From: an uncultured virus (IMG/VR IMGVR_UViG_3300031952_000012)
Taxonomy: Duplodnaviria; Heunggongvirae; Uroviricota; Caudoviricetes
Virus record (IMG/VR): IMGVR_UViG_3300031952_000012
Strand: one strand, 5' to 3'
Length of the DNA stretch: 64,000 nt
The position numbers and the translations under genes are program-made. Below, piece by piece: positions 33,586 to 41,323 of this stretch (its first letter is position 1; the number at the start of each line of letters is the position of its first letter). The notes beneath the pieces were generated by a model, which had not been told where the DNA came from, did no database searches, and worked only from the letters and a program-made list of their open reading frames with translations.

Positions 33586-34497
33586 TTATGTCATCGCTTT
33601 CCAACCGTCGTAGCTGTGCACACACTGACCGTGAAACACTGCATCGCTCGCCACTTGAAACGCGCTTGAGATCGCGGCGTGCTCGGTTTCCATCGCGGCC
33701 TTCGTCATCCCGAAATAGGTGATATAGGCCGGCGAAACGTTGGTCGTCTCGGAGCCTGCGAGCAACGCGAAATTTCTGCCTTCGATTTCCGCGTAGTCGT
33801 ACCACGGTTGGAAGAGACTGATTTGTCCGGGGCCGTCTTGCTGATTGTCCGCAGCGTGATTGCGATAGGTGCCGACGGCAACGAGGTCGGCGGTATCCAT
33901 CAAATGCGCGCCGTCTTGCTGCGAGATTCCGTTGTACGAAATGTTCGCGCGTGTGCCCGTCGAGTCTTTCAAATAGAACGCAGCGAAGAGCCCGACCGGG
34001 AGAGCCGAGAGCTCTTTGATGCTTTTCACGAGATCGCAAAGCCCGGCGCAATTTGCTTCTGCCGGGTAGGCGTTCGGGTCGGTCCAGTACTCGACGTCGA
34101 GCATGATCCCCTGAAACCGTTGCGTCACATTCGGCACGATTAGGTTGTAGTCGCAGATTGGTTTGATGATGTTCTTCTTCACCCACGATTGATTGAGTCC
34201 CCAATCGGCATTTCCGGCGAGAGCCCAAACGTTGATTCCTGATTTGCTCGCCGCGTCGATGAGCGTTTTCATTCGCGTCACGTTCGCGGTCGTCCAATTG
34301 CCGCCGCCGAGGTAGCGCCAGATATCCAAGAAAATAGTGTTGCAACCATTCGTGCCGCAAAAGTTGATGAGCGCCTGAGAATTCGCATCGCTGTAGAGCG
34401 GATCTTGAGAGGGAGTTGCGGTCACCCAAGCCCAAAGCGCGCGCATGAAATTACTATTCGGGGGAACTGGTTTTGTCGCGAGAGGATTCACTGCCAT
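33586..34497 (-). CDS. Putative glycoside hydrolase (TIM barrel, GH18-like motif)
   Basis: FQGIMLDVEYW resembles the GH18 FDGxDxDxEY motif; alternating beta/alpha pattern. Confidence 0.55.
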   Translation of the reverse strand: MAVNPLATKPVPPNSNFMRALWAWVTATPSQDPLYSDANSQALINFCGTNGCNTIFLDIWRYLGGGNWTTANVTRMKTLIDAASKSGINVWALAGNADWGLNQSWVKKNIIKPICDYNLIVPNVTQRFQGIMLDVEYWTDPNAYPAEANCAGLCDLVKSIKELSALPVGLFAAFYLKDSTGTRANISYNGISQQDGAHLMDTADLVAVGTYRNHAADNQQDGPGQISLFQPWYDYAEIEGRNFALLAGSETTNVSPAYITYFGMTKAAMETEHAAISSAFQVASDAVFHGQCVHSYDGWKAMT

Positions 34498-34515
34498 TTG
34501 TTCTTCTCCTTGCAG

Positions 34516-35457
34516 TCAGATTTCGTAAAAAGAAAATGAAGCGAACGCTACGCCAGCGGTCGCGGAGTCTGCCCGAACAATCATCTCGAGTCGAGTCAAT
34601 CCTGTTATTTTGTAGGGCACAGTGAATGGAATGAAGAGTGAACCACTCGTGTTTGATATTCGTTGAAGCGGCCCGATTTGAGGCGCGTAAGCGTTGGCAT
34701 TCAACGGATTCACCGCCGTCATATAGAGACGATAACTGTTGCCGAAACATCCGGCATTGAGAGATGTAATGTAGCAGATCTTCCCCGCGCCAACGTAATG
34801 GTGAGCGTACCAAGTCTCGCCATCGCCAATCGCGATTGTCGAGATTGCAGAACCGCCTTTGTCTATCGCAGAGTAAAGCGTGATTGTTCCAAGGTTGGTT
34901 CCGTTTGCACCAATAGTTAAACTCTGAATTCTCTCGATGAAGCGCATGGTCGCGGAAACGGTATTCACGCCAACGGTTCCCGCCAGAGTTAAATCCTCTG
35001 TGAATGGACCCGCGCCCGAATCATCGTAGTAGGTGATTCTCACGGTGCGTGTACCGCCGCCGCCCGATGAATCGCCGCCCGCCGTCGATGCAATTGATCT
35101 GCGTGCCGAGCTCGTCGGCTCGACGTACCCGGTCGACCTCAACAGTCTTGGAGTTGTCGCCGACGTATCGGTATAGCCTGACACTGTTTGTGAATTGAGG
35201 GAGACGAGCGGGATATTGGGGCTGACTCTAAAATTACCTTGAAGGCGCGCATCGTCCATCGAGTTTACAGCGATGCCCGCCGTCTTATAGGTGCTCTCAA
35301 AATCAGTGACGTCTGCTGAAAGTGAAATCGCGCAAGAGACAAAAAATTGATCTGCGGAAACATAGATTCTATAGCCGGAGCCAAATGCCTGATAAAACCA
35401 AGGGAGCTTGGCAAAAAGTGTTTTTATCGTCGTATAGTCAACATTTAAATCTTGCAT
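34516..35457 (-). CDS. Putative virion structural protein
   Basis: T/S/G-rich beta protein in the tail region. Confidence 0.65.
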   Translation of the reverse strand: MQDLNVDYTTIKTLFAKLPWFYQAFGSGYRIYVSADQFFVSCAISLSADVTDFESTYKTAGIAVNSMDDARLQGNFRVSPNIPLVSLNSQTVSGYTDTSATTPRLLRSTGYVEPTSSARRSIASTAGGDSSGGGGTRTVRITYYDDSGAGPFTEDLTLAGTVGVNTVSATMRFIERIQSLTIGANGTNLGTITLYSAIDKGGSAISTIAIGDGETWYAHHYVGAGKICYITSLNAGCFGNSYRLYMTAVNPLNANAYAPQIGPLQRISNTSGSLFIPFTVPYKITGLTRLEMIVRADSATAGVAFASFSFYEI

Positions 35458-35466
35458 AGTTCCCCT

Positions 35467-36663
35467 CTACACAGGTTGTAAAAGTCCATAGATTGTAAAA
35501 GTTCTCTCGACGTTTGAGCCACCGTTTGCGCTGAAATCGATTTGAATAGTTTCTCCCGCTCGAATTATCGCCGTTTCAGATTCAAAACTCTCAGAGTAAA
35601 GTTGATTGGCTACATTGAGAGTATGACGCCAAAATGCGATTCCGCCATTGAGTTGAATGATTCCTGTGTTTGCAGTGTCGCGTGTTATGGCTGTTACTGC
35701 GCGAACACCAAAATCTCCGCTCTGCAATACGATTGGATATTTTACGCCGACGGCGGCAAGTTTTTTTATCTTTATCGTTCCAGTTCTTCCAGCGACACCA
35801 GCTTGATTCGTGTATGTGATTGTGAAAGTAACATCGTTTACATTTCCAAAAACTGTTGTGACCTCTGCTTCTAGAAATGAACCGAACGCTGGCGCCGTAT
35901 AGGTGCTACCAGCAGTGAATACTTGAGTGCTGACATTATATGTTGCAAGATTTAGAAGTCTTCCGATTCTAACGCTGTTCTTATTGTCGGCTGCAATGCC
36001 CTCAAATTTCAGTAATTTAAATTTGTAACTTGCGGGAATTGCATATTTAAGAGCCACCTGCCAATTTCCAGCTAGGTCTGCTTTAAAATCAAAAGTGTCT
36101 AGATATAGCAGGTCAACCGGAATATTGTTTACGCTATCCATTGTCACGTAAAGTTGTCCCTCATTGACACAAACTTTTAGATTTCCTGCTTGTGTTAGTG
36201 CGCGGGGAACGGCTTCGACAATTGGGCAAAGTGCAGTTTGTAATCTCAGATAGGTTGTTGTCGATGAGCCCGTGTTTGTGACGGTGACTTTAAAATAACT
36301 CGCGGTCGCCTGAAATGTTCGAGCGTCGCCCGTGTTCGCGGCAACCGTGTACGAGTCGGCAATATCCCAATTTGAGTTATCGGTACTTTGATAAACGTAA
36401 ATCGTGCACGGTTGGTCGGCCTTGAAGTTGACTTGAATTCCAACGATGCCGAGCGTCGATTCTCCCGCGCCCGGGAATGTTGCACTCGCAGCTAGGTTTG
36501 CCGTCGAACTATTTCCCGACGATGCGATCACATTCTGCAAGAGCGAAACAGCAAGATTCCTGACCGCAGATCTTACGACTGTATCAATCAAGTTTCCGCT
36601 GGCGTCATTCAACTGAACACCGTTCTGATAACCATCGAGTTGCGCGATCGTGAAAGCAGGCAT
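35467..36663 (-). CDS. Putative virion structural/receptor-binding protein
   Basis: Beta-rich; C-terminal half visibly AT-richer. Confidence 0.65.
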   Translation of the reverse strand: MPAFTIAQLDGYQNGVQLNDASGNLIDTVVRSAVRNLAVSLLQNVIASSGNSSTANLAASATFPGAGESTLGIVGIQVNFKADQPCTIYVYQSTDNSNWDIADSYTVAANTGDARTFQATASYFKVTVTNTGSSTTTYLRLQTALCPIVEAVPRALTQAGNLKVCVNEGQLYVTMDSVNNIPVDLLYLDTFDFKADLAGNWQVALKYAIPASYKFKLLKFEGIAADNKNSVRIGRLLNLATYNVSTQVFTAGSTYTAPAFGSFLEAEVTTVFGNVNDVTFTITYTNQAGVAGRTGTIKIKKLAAVGVKYPIVLQSGDFGVRAVTAITRDTANTGIIQLNGGIAFWRHTLNVANQLYSESFESETAIIRAGETIQIDFSANGGSNVERTFTIYGLLQPV

Positions 36664-37334
36664 CAGACATTCCTCACAGTCGTTCCGCTCGTGACAACAC
36701 CGCCTGTGCGAGCGATTGTGTCGGTCGTTTGCGCGATGATTGTTGTTCCGTCCGCTGCAAAAATCTTTGTGACGAACGAAGTCACGAGGCCGCCCACTCG
36801 AGTATAGTCAATCGATTTGAGAAGCAAACTCGTTGCCGTATACGTCCACGTCTCTCTCGAGACTTGACCGCTTGTGCGAGTCGCCGCGAATGTAATTGCT
36901 CTATCGGTCGGAGTCGCCACGAGAGCATGATTCAAGTCGATGCTTCCGAACGCATTCTGAAGAATCGTCGCGGTCGTCGTCGTCAGATTCGTTGGCGAGA
37001 TTCCAATTTTTGTGGCGCCGGGTGGGTCGTAAAATGTGACGCTTCCGCCCGTCGAACCCGGAATACTCTCGACGACAACAAAAATCGTTGTCGAGACAAT
37101 CGACGCGACATGATAGGTGCCCTCTGCCGCATTGCCCGCGATGACAACGATATCCCCCGGCTCAATGGGAGCATCAGGGTCGTCGAGATTGTACGTCGAA
37201 ACGGTGACGCGTTTCGTTGCGTTGACCGTCGAAACAAGAGTGTCGGTCGCGATAACGGTTGAGCCACTCGAGAGCAACTCGACCGCGTCAACAATGTCCG
37301 CATCGAAAATGTCTTCATGACGGATTGGCGACAT
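36663..37334 (-). CDS. Putative virion structural protein
   Basis: Thr-rich; start MSPIR at 37334. Confidence 0.65.
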   Translation of the reverse strand: MSPIRHEDIFDADIVDAVELLSSGSTVIATDTLVSTVNATKRVTVSTYNLDDPDAPIEPGDIVVIAGNAAEGTYHVASIVSTTIFVVVESIPGSTGGSVTFYDPPGATKIGISPTNLTTTTATILQNAFGSIDLNHALVATPTDRAITFAATRTSGQVSRETWTYTATSLLLKSIDYTRVGGLVTSFVTKIFAADGTTIIAQTTDTIARTGGVVTSGTTVRNV

Positions 37335-37704
37335 TCTTCTTTTTTCGACCTCGCTTCTTTGGCCCGGCGACAACAAGCGGAGCGGGCATTTCTAAACCAT
37401 CTCGTTGCGCGGCTTCTACTTTCTCAAGAGCCGCGCGTTCGGTTTGTTTGATGAATCCGTCAATCGTTCCATAGACAATCGAGGCGATTGCCGAATACCC
37501 GTTTGCTTGCCCTTGCGCCATGACGATTTGATTTTTGAAAGCCTCGACCTGCGAGAGACACGATTGCCGTTGTCGCTCGGCGTCGTTCATAATCTGCAAA
37601 AGAATTTGCTGCACAAGTCCATGATGCTTTTCGTCGACGACACCCGTTTTCAGAGCGTCGACCATTCTGTTTCTCAACCTAACAAGCGCTTCACCGTTTT
37701 CCAT
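37315..37704 (-). CDS. Coiled-coil protein with basic tail
   Basis: 129 aa; GAGG SD. Confidence 0.7.
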   Translation of the reverse strand: MENGEALVRLRNRMVDALKTGVVDEKHHGLVQQILLQIMNDAERQRQSCLSQVEAFKNQIVMAQGQANGYSAIASIVYGTIDGFIKQTERAALEKVEAAQRDGLEMPAPLVVAGPKKRGRKKKNVANPS

Positions 37705-37927
37705 TTTTTCCTCTTTTAGATTCTGCCAGCCAATTGGCGATGACTAAACATGGCTCGCAAAACGTACCTGACAAAGTTTCGGATGACACTTGAAAAAATC
37801 GAGTTGGTGTCTCGACGGTGCCGGGACCTTCTCGCCGGAAAGTCTCAACGGCATAGTGACCCGTTGAGCACCAGCGAGAAGGTGGTGCGTGAACTTCTAC
37901 GAAAGTGCAATCAGGTTTCGGAAGCAT
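37691..37927 (-). CDS. Small Cys/His protein
   Basis: WCSTGH...CEPC; TAATG overlap. Confidence 0.6.
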   Translation of the reverse strand: MLPKPDCTFVEVHAPPSRWCSTGHYAVETFRREGPGTVETPTRFFQVSSETLSGTFCEPCLVIANWLAESKRGKNGKR

Positions 37928-39825
37928 TATCTCAGAATCAGGTAGTCGATAATGTCCTGCGTGTTGATGTTTTGATATGGGGTGATATGCGTTGCATCGG
38001 TCTCCTCATATTCGTTTCCGGTCGGTGCTCCCAAAACCTGAAGGGGGCCCGGATGCCGTAAAACACCGCGCCAGAATACCCACATATTTTGCCCGTTGTG
38101 CGAGGTGTCGACTGTGTACGAGATTGAACCGGGAAGTAGATGATACGTTCCTTTCGGGAATCCGCTGGGCACTCTCTCGACTGTGCGATTGATTGAGAAA
38201 CCTGCCAACGCATCGGCGATTTTTTGCAGCGAGGCGGTGATGGTTTCACCATCTGTCAACGAGCATTGCGCCTTGCCAGGGTCGGCATAGGTTCGATTTC
38301 CAATCTCGGTGTTGAGCACATTGAGAGCCTCAACAACACTGGGAGTCGCATCGGGTAGATCTGAGAAACAGAAATAATTGGTCAGATTCGTGAGCAACCC
38401 GTTCAACGAAGTCGCGCCGTCCGCCTCGCCAATCGTCTGCTGAATGTCGGTCACATCCTGACGAAGATCTGCATCAGTCTGCAAACCTTGAGTCATCGTG
38501 ACGCGGAGATCGGTATCCAAGAATTGATCGACTCGTCGGCGATAGGCATAGGCGAGATCGACCGGCGAAGCTTGCGTTGCCTCCCAAGTGTACGCGACAG
38601 AGGTTGAGAGGTCGGCACCAATTGCCACCGCTCTGAACTCGACGTCGACAGAATCAGGAGAGAAGCCGAAAGCGCCACCTGCCATATTGCTGAGAGTGAA
38701 ACCAACATTGGCGACGTTCTCAGATTGCGTTGCGTTGCCTTGTGCGCCCGCATTGTCGTTTGTGAGACCAACCGCTGGGTCGACGCCAGCCGCTGCGGTA
38801 ATAAGCAGAGTTGCACCAACGCCGTTAACAGCGGTGACAACTGCCGCCTGCACCTGCGCAGAGGTATCACCGGCTGTGTAGAGAACAGCAACTCTACCGG
38901 GGGTGACTGTCGAATCGCTATCAAACTCAAACACGGTTGGAGTATTGACGCCGTCGTTGAGAGTGAAATAGTCGGTATCGAGTAGGTTGGCACCCGCGAC
39001 AACGTTCATCGTTCCGGTTGCCGCAACGGGCGTTCCCGCTCTGGTGCGCCCGAAGATACGCTTGCCTTTATCGCCGCCGCCGGCGAGAACCTCGAGCTCG
39101 GAGCCGTCGTCGCTCTTTGTGATCTCGACATAAACGGCTTCGTTTGCGCCAGCGTCCGCGCCGTCGTTGATTGGAATGCCCGTGCGGTCATTCGAGCCAG
39201 CGTGTTTCATGTTTCCTACGCTGACGATTTCCTTGTGCGTTGCGGCTGCGGCAACGACCATTCCACGATAAACCTTATTCACGCACAGTGCTTTTGCGTC
39301 TGTCGTTTTTCCTGCAATGTTCGTCAAATTCGCGGGAACTTGAGTTGCCAAATCTGAGGGTCGCGCGTAGGTCGGGATGGCTGCGCCGTAGGTCGTGCCC
39401 TTGATGAGAGCGCGGTCGGTTCGAGCAAAGTTCAAATCGTCTTCGATCGAATAACTGTCTCTCTCAACCCAGTTAATATTTCCGCTGTTCGTATCGGGCA
39501 CTACGCCGCCAGCGTTGGCAATCTTAACGTGGGTTGCGTCGACGTATTCGACGATCATAAACACGCCGTTATTGCCGGCAGAATTTGCGAGAGTAAACGA
39601 CATGAATTGACCGACCGAATTTGCACTCATTCCGGTCAGAGAACCGACGGTCACGACGCCCGCCACTTTGACGTCGAGCGTTGCGACCAATCCACTATTC
39701 GCGGTTGGTTTACCATACCCGACGAGCTCATCGGCGAGTGTTCTCGCATCCTCGTGCGCCAGTGTTCCTGCGATATCAATCGCGGGATTCAAAAGGTTCA
39801 ATCTGTTGCCGTCGCCAATTGCCAT
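37927..39825 (-). CDS. Large virion structural/fibre protein
   Basis: 632 aa, A/G/T/V-rich, AAGGAG SD; shares a domain with 51062..52165. Confidence 0.75.
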   Translation of the reverse strand: MAIGDGNRLNLLNPAIDIAGTLAHEDARTLADELVGYGKPTANSGLVATLDVKVAGVVTVGSLTGMSANSVGQFMSFTLANSAGNNGVFMIVEYVDATHVKIANAGGVVPDTNSGNINWVERDSYSIEDDLNFARTDRALIKGTTYGAAIPTYARPSDLATQVPANLTNIAGKTTDAKALCVNKVYRGMVVAAAATHKEIVSVGNMKHAGSNDRTGIPINDGADAGANEAVYVEITKSDDGSELEVLAGGGDKGKRIFGRTRAGTPVAATGTMNVVAGANLLDTDYFTLNDGVNTPTVFEFDSDSTVTPGRVAVLYTAGDTSAQVQAAVVTAVNGVGATLLITAAAGVDPAVGLTNDNAGAQGNATQSENVANVGFTLSNMAGGAFGFSPDSVDVEFRAVAIGADLSTSVAYTWEATQASPVDLAYAYRRRVDQFLDTDLRVTMTQGLQTDADLRQDVTDIQQTIGEADGATSLNGLLTNLTNYFCFSDLPDATPSVVEALNVLNTEIGNRTYADPGKAQCSLTDGETITASLQKIADALAGFSINRTVERVPSGFPKGTYHLLPGSISYTVDTSHNGQNMWVFWRGVLRHPGPLQVLGAPTGNEYEETDATHITPYQNINTQDIIDYLILR

Positions 39826-39910
39826 AGAGATTCTCCTTCAAGGAGGGTTTGTGTTTTACCGCGCGCGCTTCCTCTGCGATTATCCGCCCGATTGCTGTGA
39901 GACTACAAAT

Positions 39911-40231
39911 TTAAGGGGCGGCAACCGCATAGTCTGCCATCAGTTCATCAGTCGCGACGGGAGCGGTGAAGAGGAACCGAACCCCTGTGTAGCCTGTGCC
40001 CACGCCGAGTGGTTCGTAGACAAGATAGTCACCATTCGCAGGCGAGGTGCCTTTCAGCAATCGATGCCCGTTTCGATAAACTGAAATGCGGTCCGCCATA
40101 AATTTGTCGGGGAGAGTGTAGAGTCTATTCGATCCGTTTTTCACACCGATGAGAGGCTCGTCGATAATGATTCCGAAGCGCAGGCCGGGCGGGATGTAAC
40201 CGGGTACGCCGCCGCCGTCCATTCGAGGCAT
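39911..40231 (-). CDS. Small virion protein (VY.NG...DY...F..AP domain)
   Basis: Motif common in phage tail/baseplate proteins. Confidence 0.65.
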   Translation of the reverse strand: MPRMDGGGVPGYIPPGLRFGIIIDEPLIGVKNGSNRLYTLPDKFMADRISVYRNGHRLLKGTSPANGDYLVYEPLGVGTGYTGVRFLFTAPVATDELMADYAVAAP

Positions 40232-40235
40232 GCGA

Positions 40236-40466
40236 TTATCCCTTGCGAAATGCGAGGAAAAGCAGAGCGGAAATCACTCCCACAAGCGCCATGCTTCCCA
40301 GAATCCGCGCGGGCCAAGGGTCCATAAAAACAAGAATCGCCGACTGAAGAATGATACTCGAGAACCCAACCTGAACTTCGGCTCGTCGCAATGGCGGGGG
40401 GAGCACCAAATTTGTCGGATTCTGAAAACTTATCGGCATCGCGTCACCTCGTTGTCGCCATAACAA
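40236..40466 (-). CDS. Small membrane protein
   Basis: Two hydrophobic segments; start uncertain. Confidence 0.5.
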   Translation of the reverse strand: MLWRQRGDAMPISFQNPTNLVLPPPLRRAEVQVGFSSIILQSAILVFMDPWPARILGSMALVGVISALLFLAFRKG

Positions 40467-40737
40467 TGACGATCAAAGGATTCAAATCAGCATCGGGCAC
40501 CTTGCGCACATAAACGCGTTTTCTCAGGTGACCGCTCCATGAAATCGTCTTCGATGGTCCGAACGGTTCGAGTCGTCCGTGTACCGCCTCGCCATCGAAG
40601 GAAATCTCAATCGCGCTCTTGAGCGAGTCGTTGTAAATGAGTTGCTCATCGCTCTCGAACGCAATGTTGAAAAGCGAAGCGGCATCCGAAAATGCAGCGA
40701 TACCGCTCACGTCTTTGCGCCCGTAAAAATCAGACAC
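40444..40737 (-). CDS. Small virion protein, paralogue of 40746..41024
   Basis: ISFDG...H motif. Confidence 0.65.
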   Translation of the reverse strand: MSDFYGRKDVSGIAAFSDAASLFNIAFESDEQLIYNDSLKSAIEISFDGEAVHGRLEPFGPSKTISWSGHLRKRVYVRKVPDADLNPLIVIVMATTR

Positions 40738-40745
40738 GCGTCACC

Positions 40746-41024
40746 TCAAACAGCAGTGAAGGCCGAAACCAACGCCTTGCAAACTCCCGCCGATGCCTGT
40801 TTCAACCAAACCTGTTTGTCCTTGCACGGGATCTGAAGGTTGTTGATGTCGGTCGATTTAAGAATGACGTGCGTTTGCGTTCCGTCGAATGAAACGTGAA
40901 CATCGATCGCGCCACTCGAGACTCGAAACATCAGCATGTCGGGCTGAAACGGCACTATCACTTGCGGTGTTGTTGGATATGCCGCGACCGCATTCAAATC
41001 AATTTCGCTTGCGTAAGACGACAT
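40746..41024 (-). CDS. Small virion protein, paralogue of 40444..40737
   Basis: VSFDG...H motif; AAGGAG SD. Confidence 0.7.
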   Translation of the reverse strand: MSSYASEIDLNAVAAYPTTPQVIVPFQPDMLMFRVSSGAIDVHVSFDGTQTHVILKSTDINNLQIPCKDKQVWLKQASAGVCKALVSAFTAV

Positions 41025-41033
41025 TTTTTCTCC

Positions 41034-41312
41034 TTAAGCGTTCGCGGTGACTTCGGCGGGAGGCTTTGACGTGATCTCGCCCGTCTCAAAGTTGACGTAC
41101 CCATCATTCGTCAAATTATACTTGTCGTGAAGAAGCGCGTAGATCTGGCGCTTCTTGTTTGTATTGTCTTCTTGATCGGATTTGACTTGTTTGTATCGCG
41201 CTTGTAACTCTCGCTCTTCGGCTGTGACTCGCCGCTCTTGCTCGTAGATCGCGATAAGTTTCAACAGATCCATCTCGTCAAGCTTCTGTGGTTTCGGTGT
41301 TTCGTCAGACAT
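41034..41312 (-). CDS. Small coiled-coil protein (fibre chaperone-like)
   Basis: Start MSDET; ends ...KYNL..GYVNFETGEI; follows the tail fibre. Confidence 0.65.
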   Translation of the reverse strand: MSDETPKPQKLDEMDLLKLIAIYEQERRVTAEERELQARYKQVKSDQEDNTNKKRQIYALLHDKYNLTNDGYVNFETGEITSKPPAEVTANA

Positions 41313-41323
41313 ATTTTCCTCTC

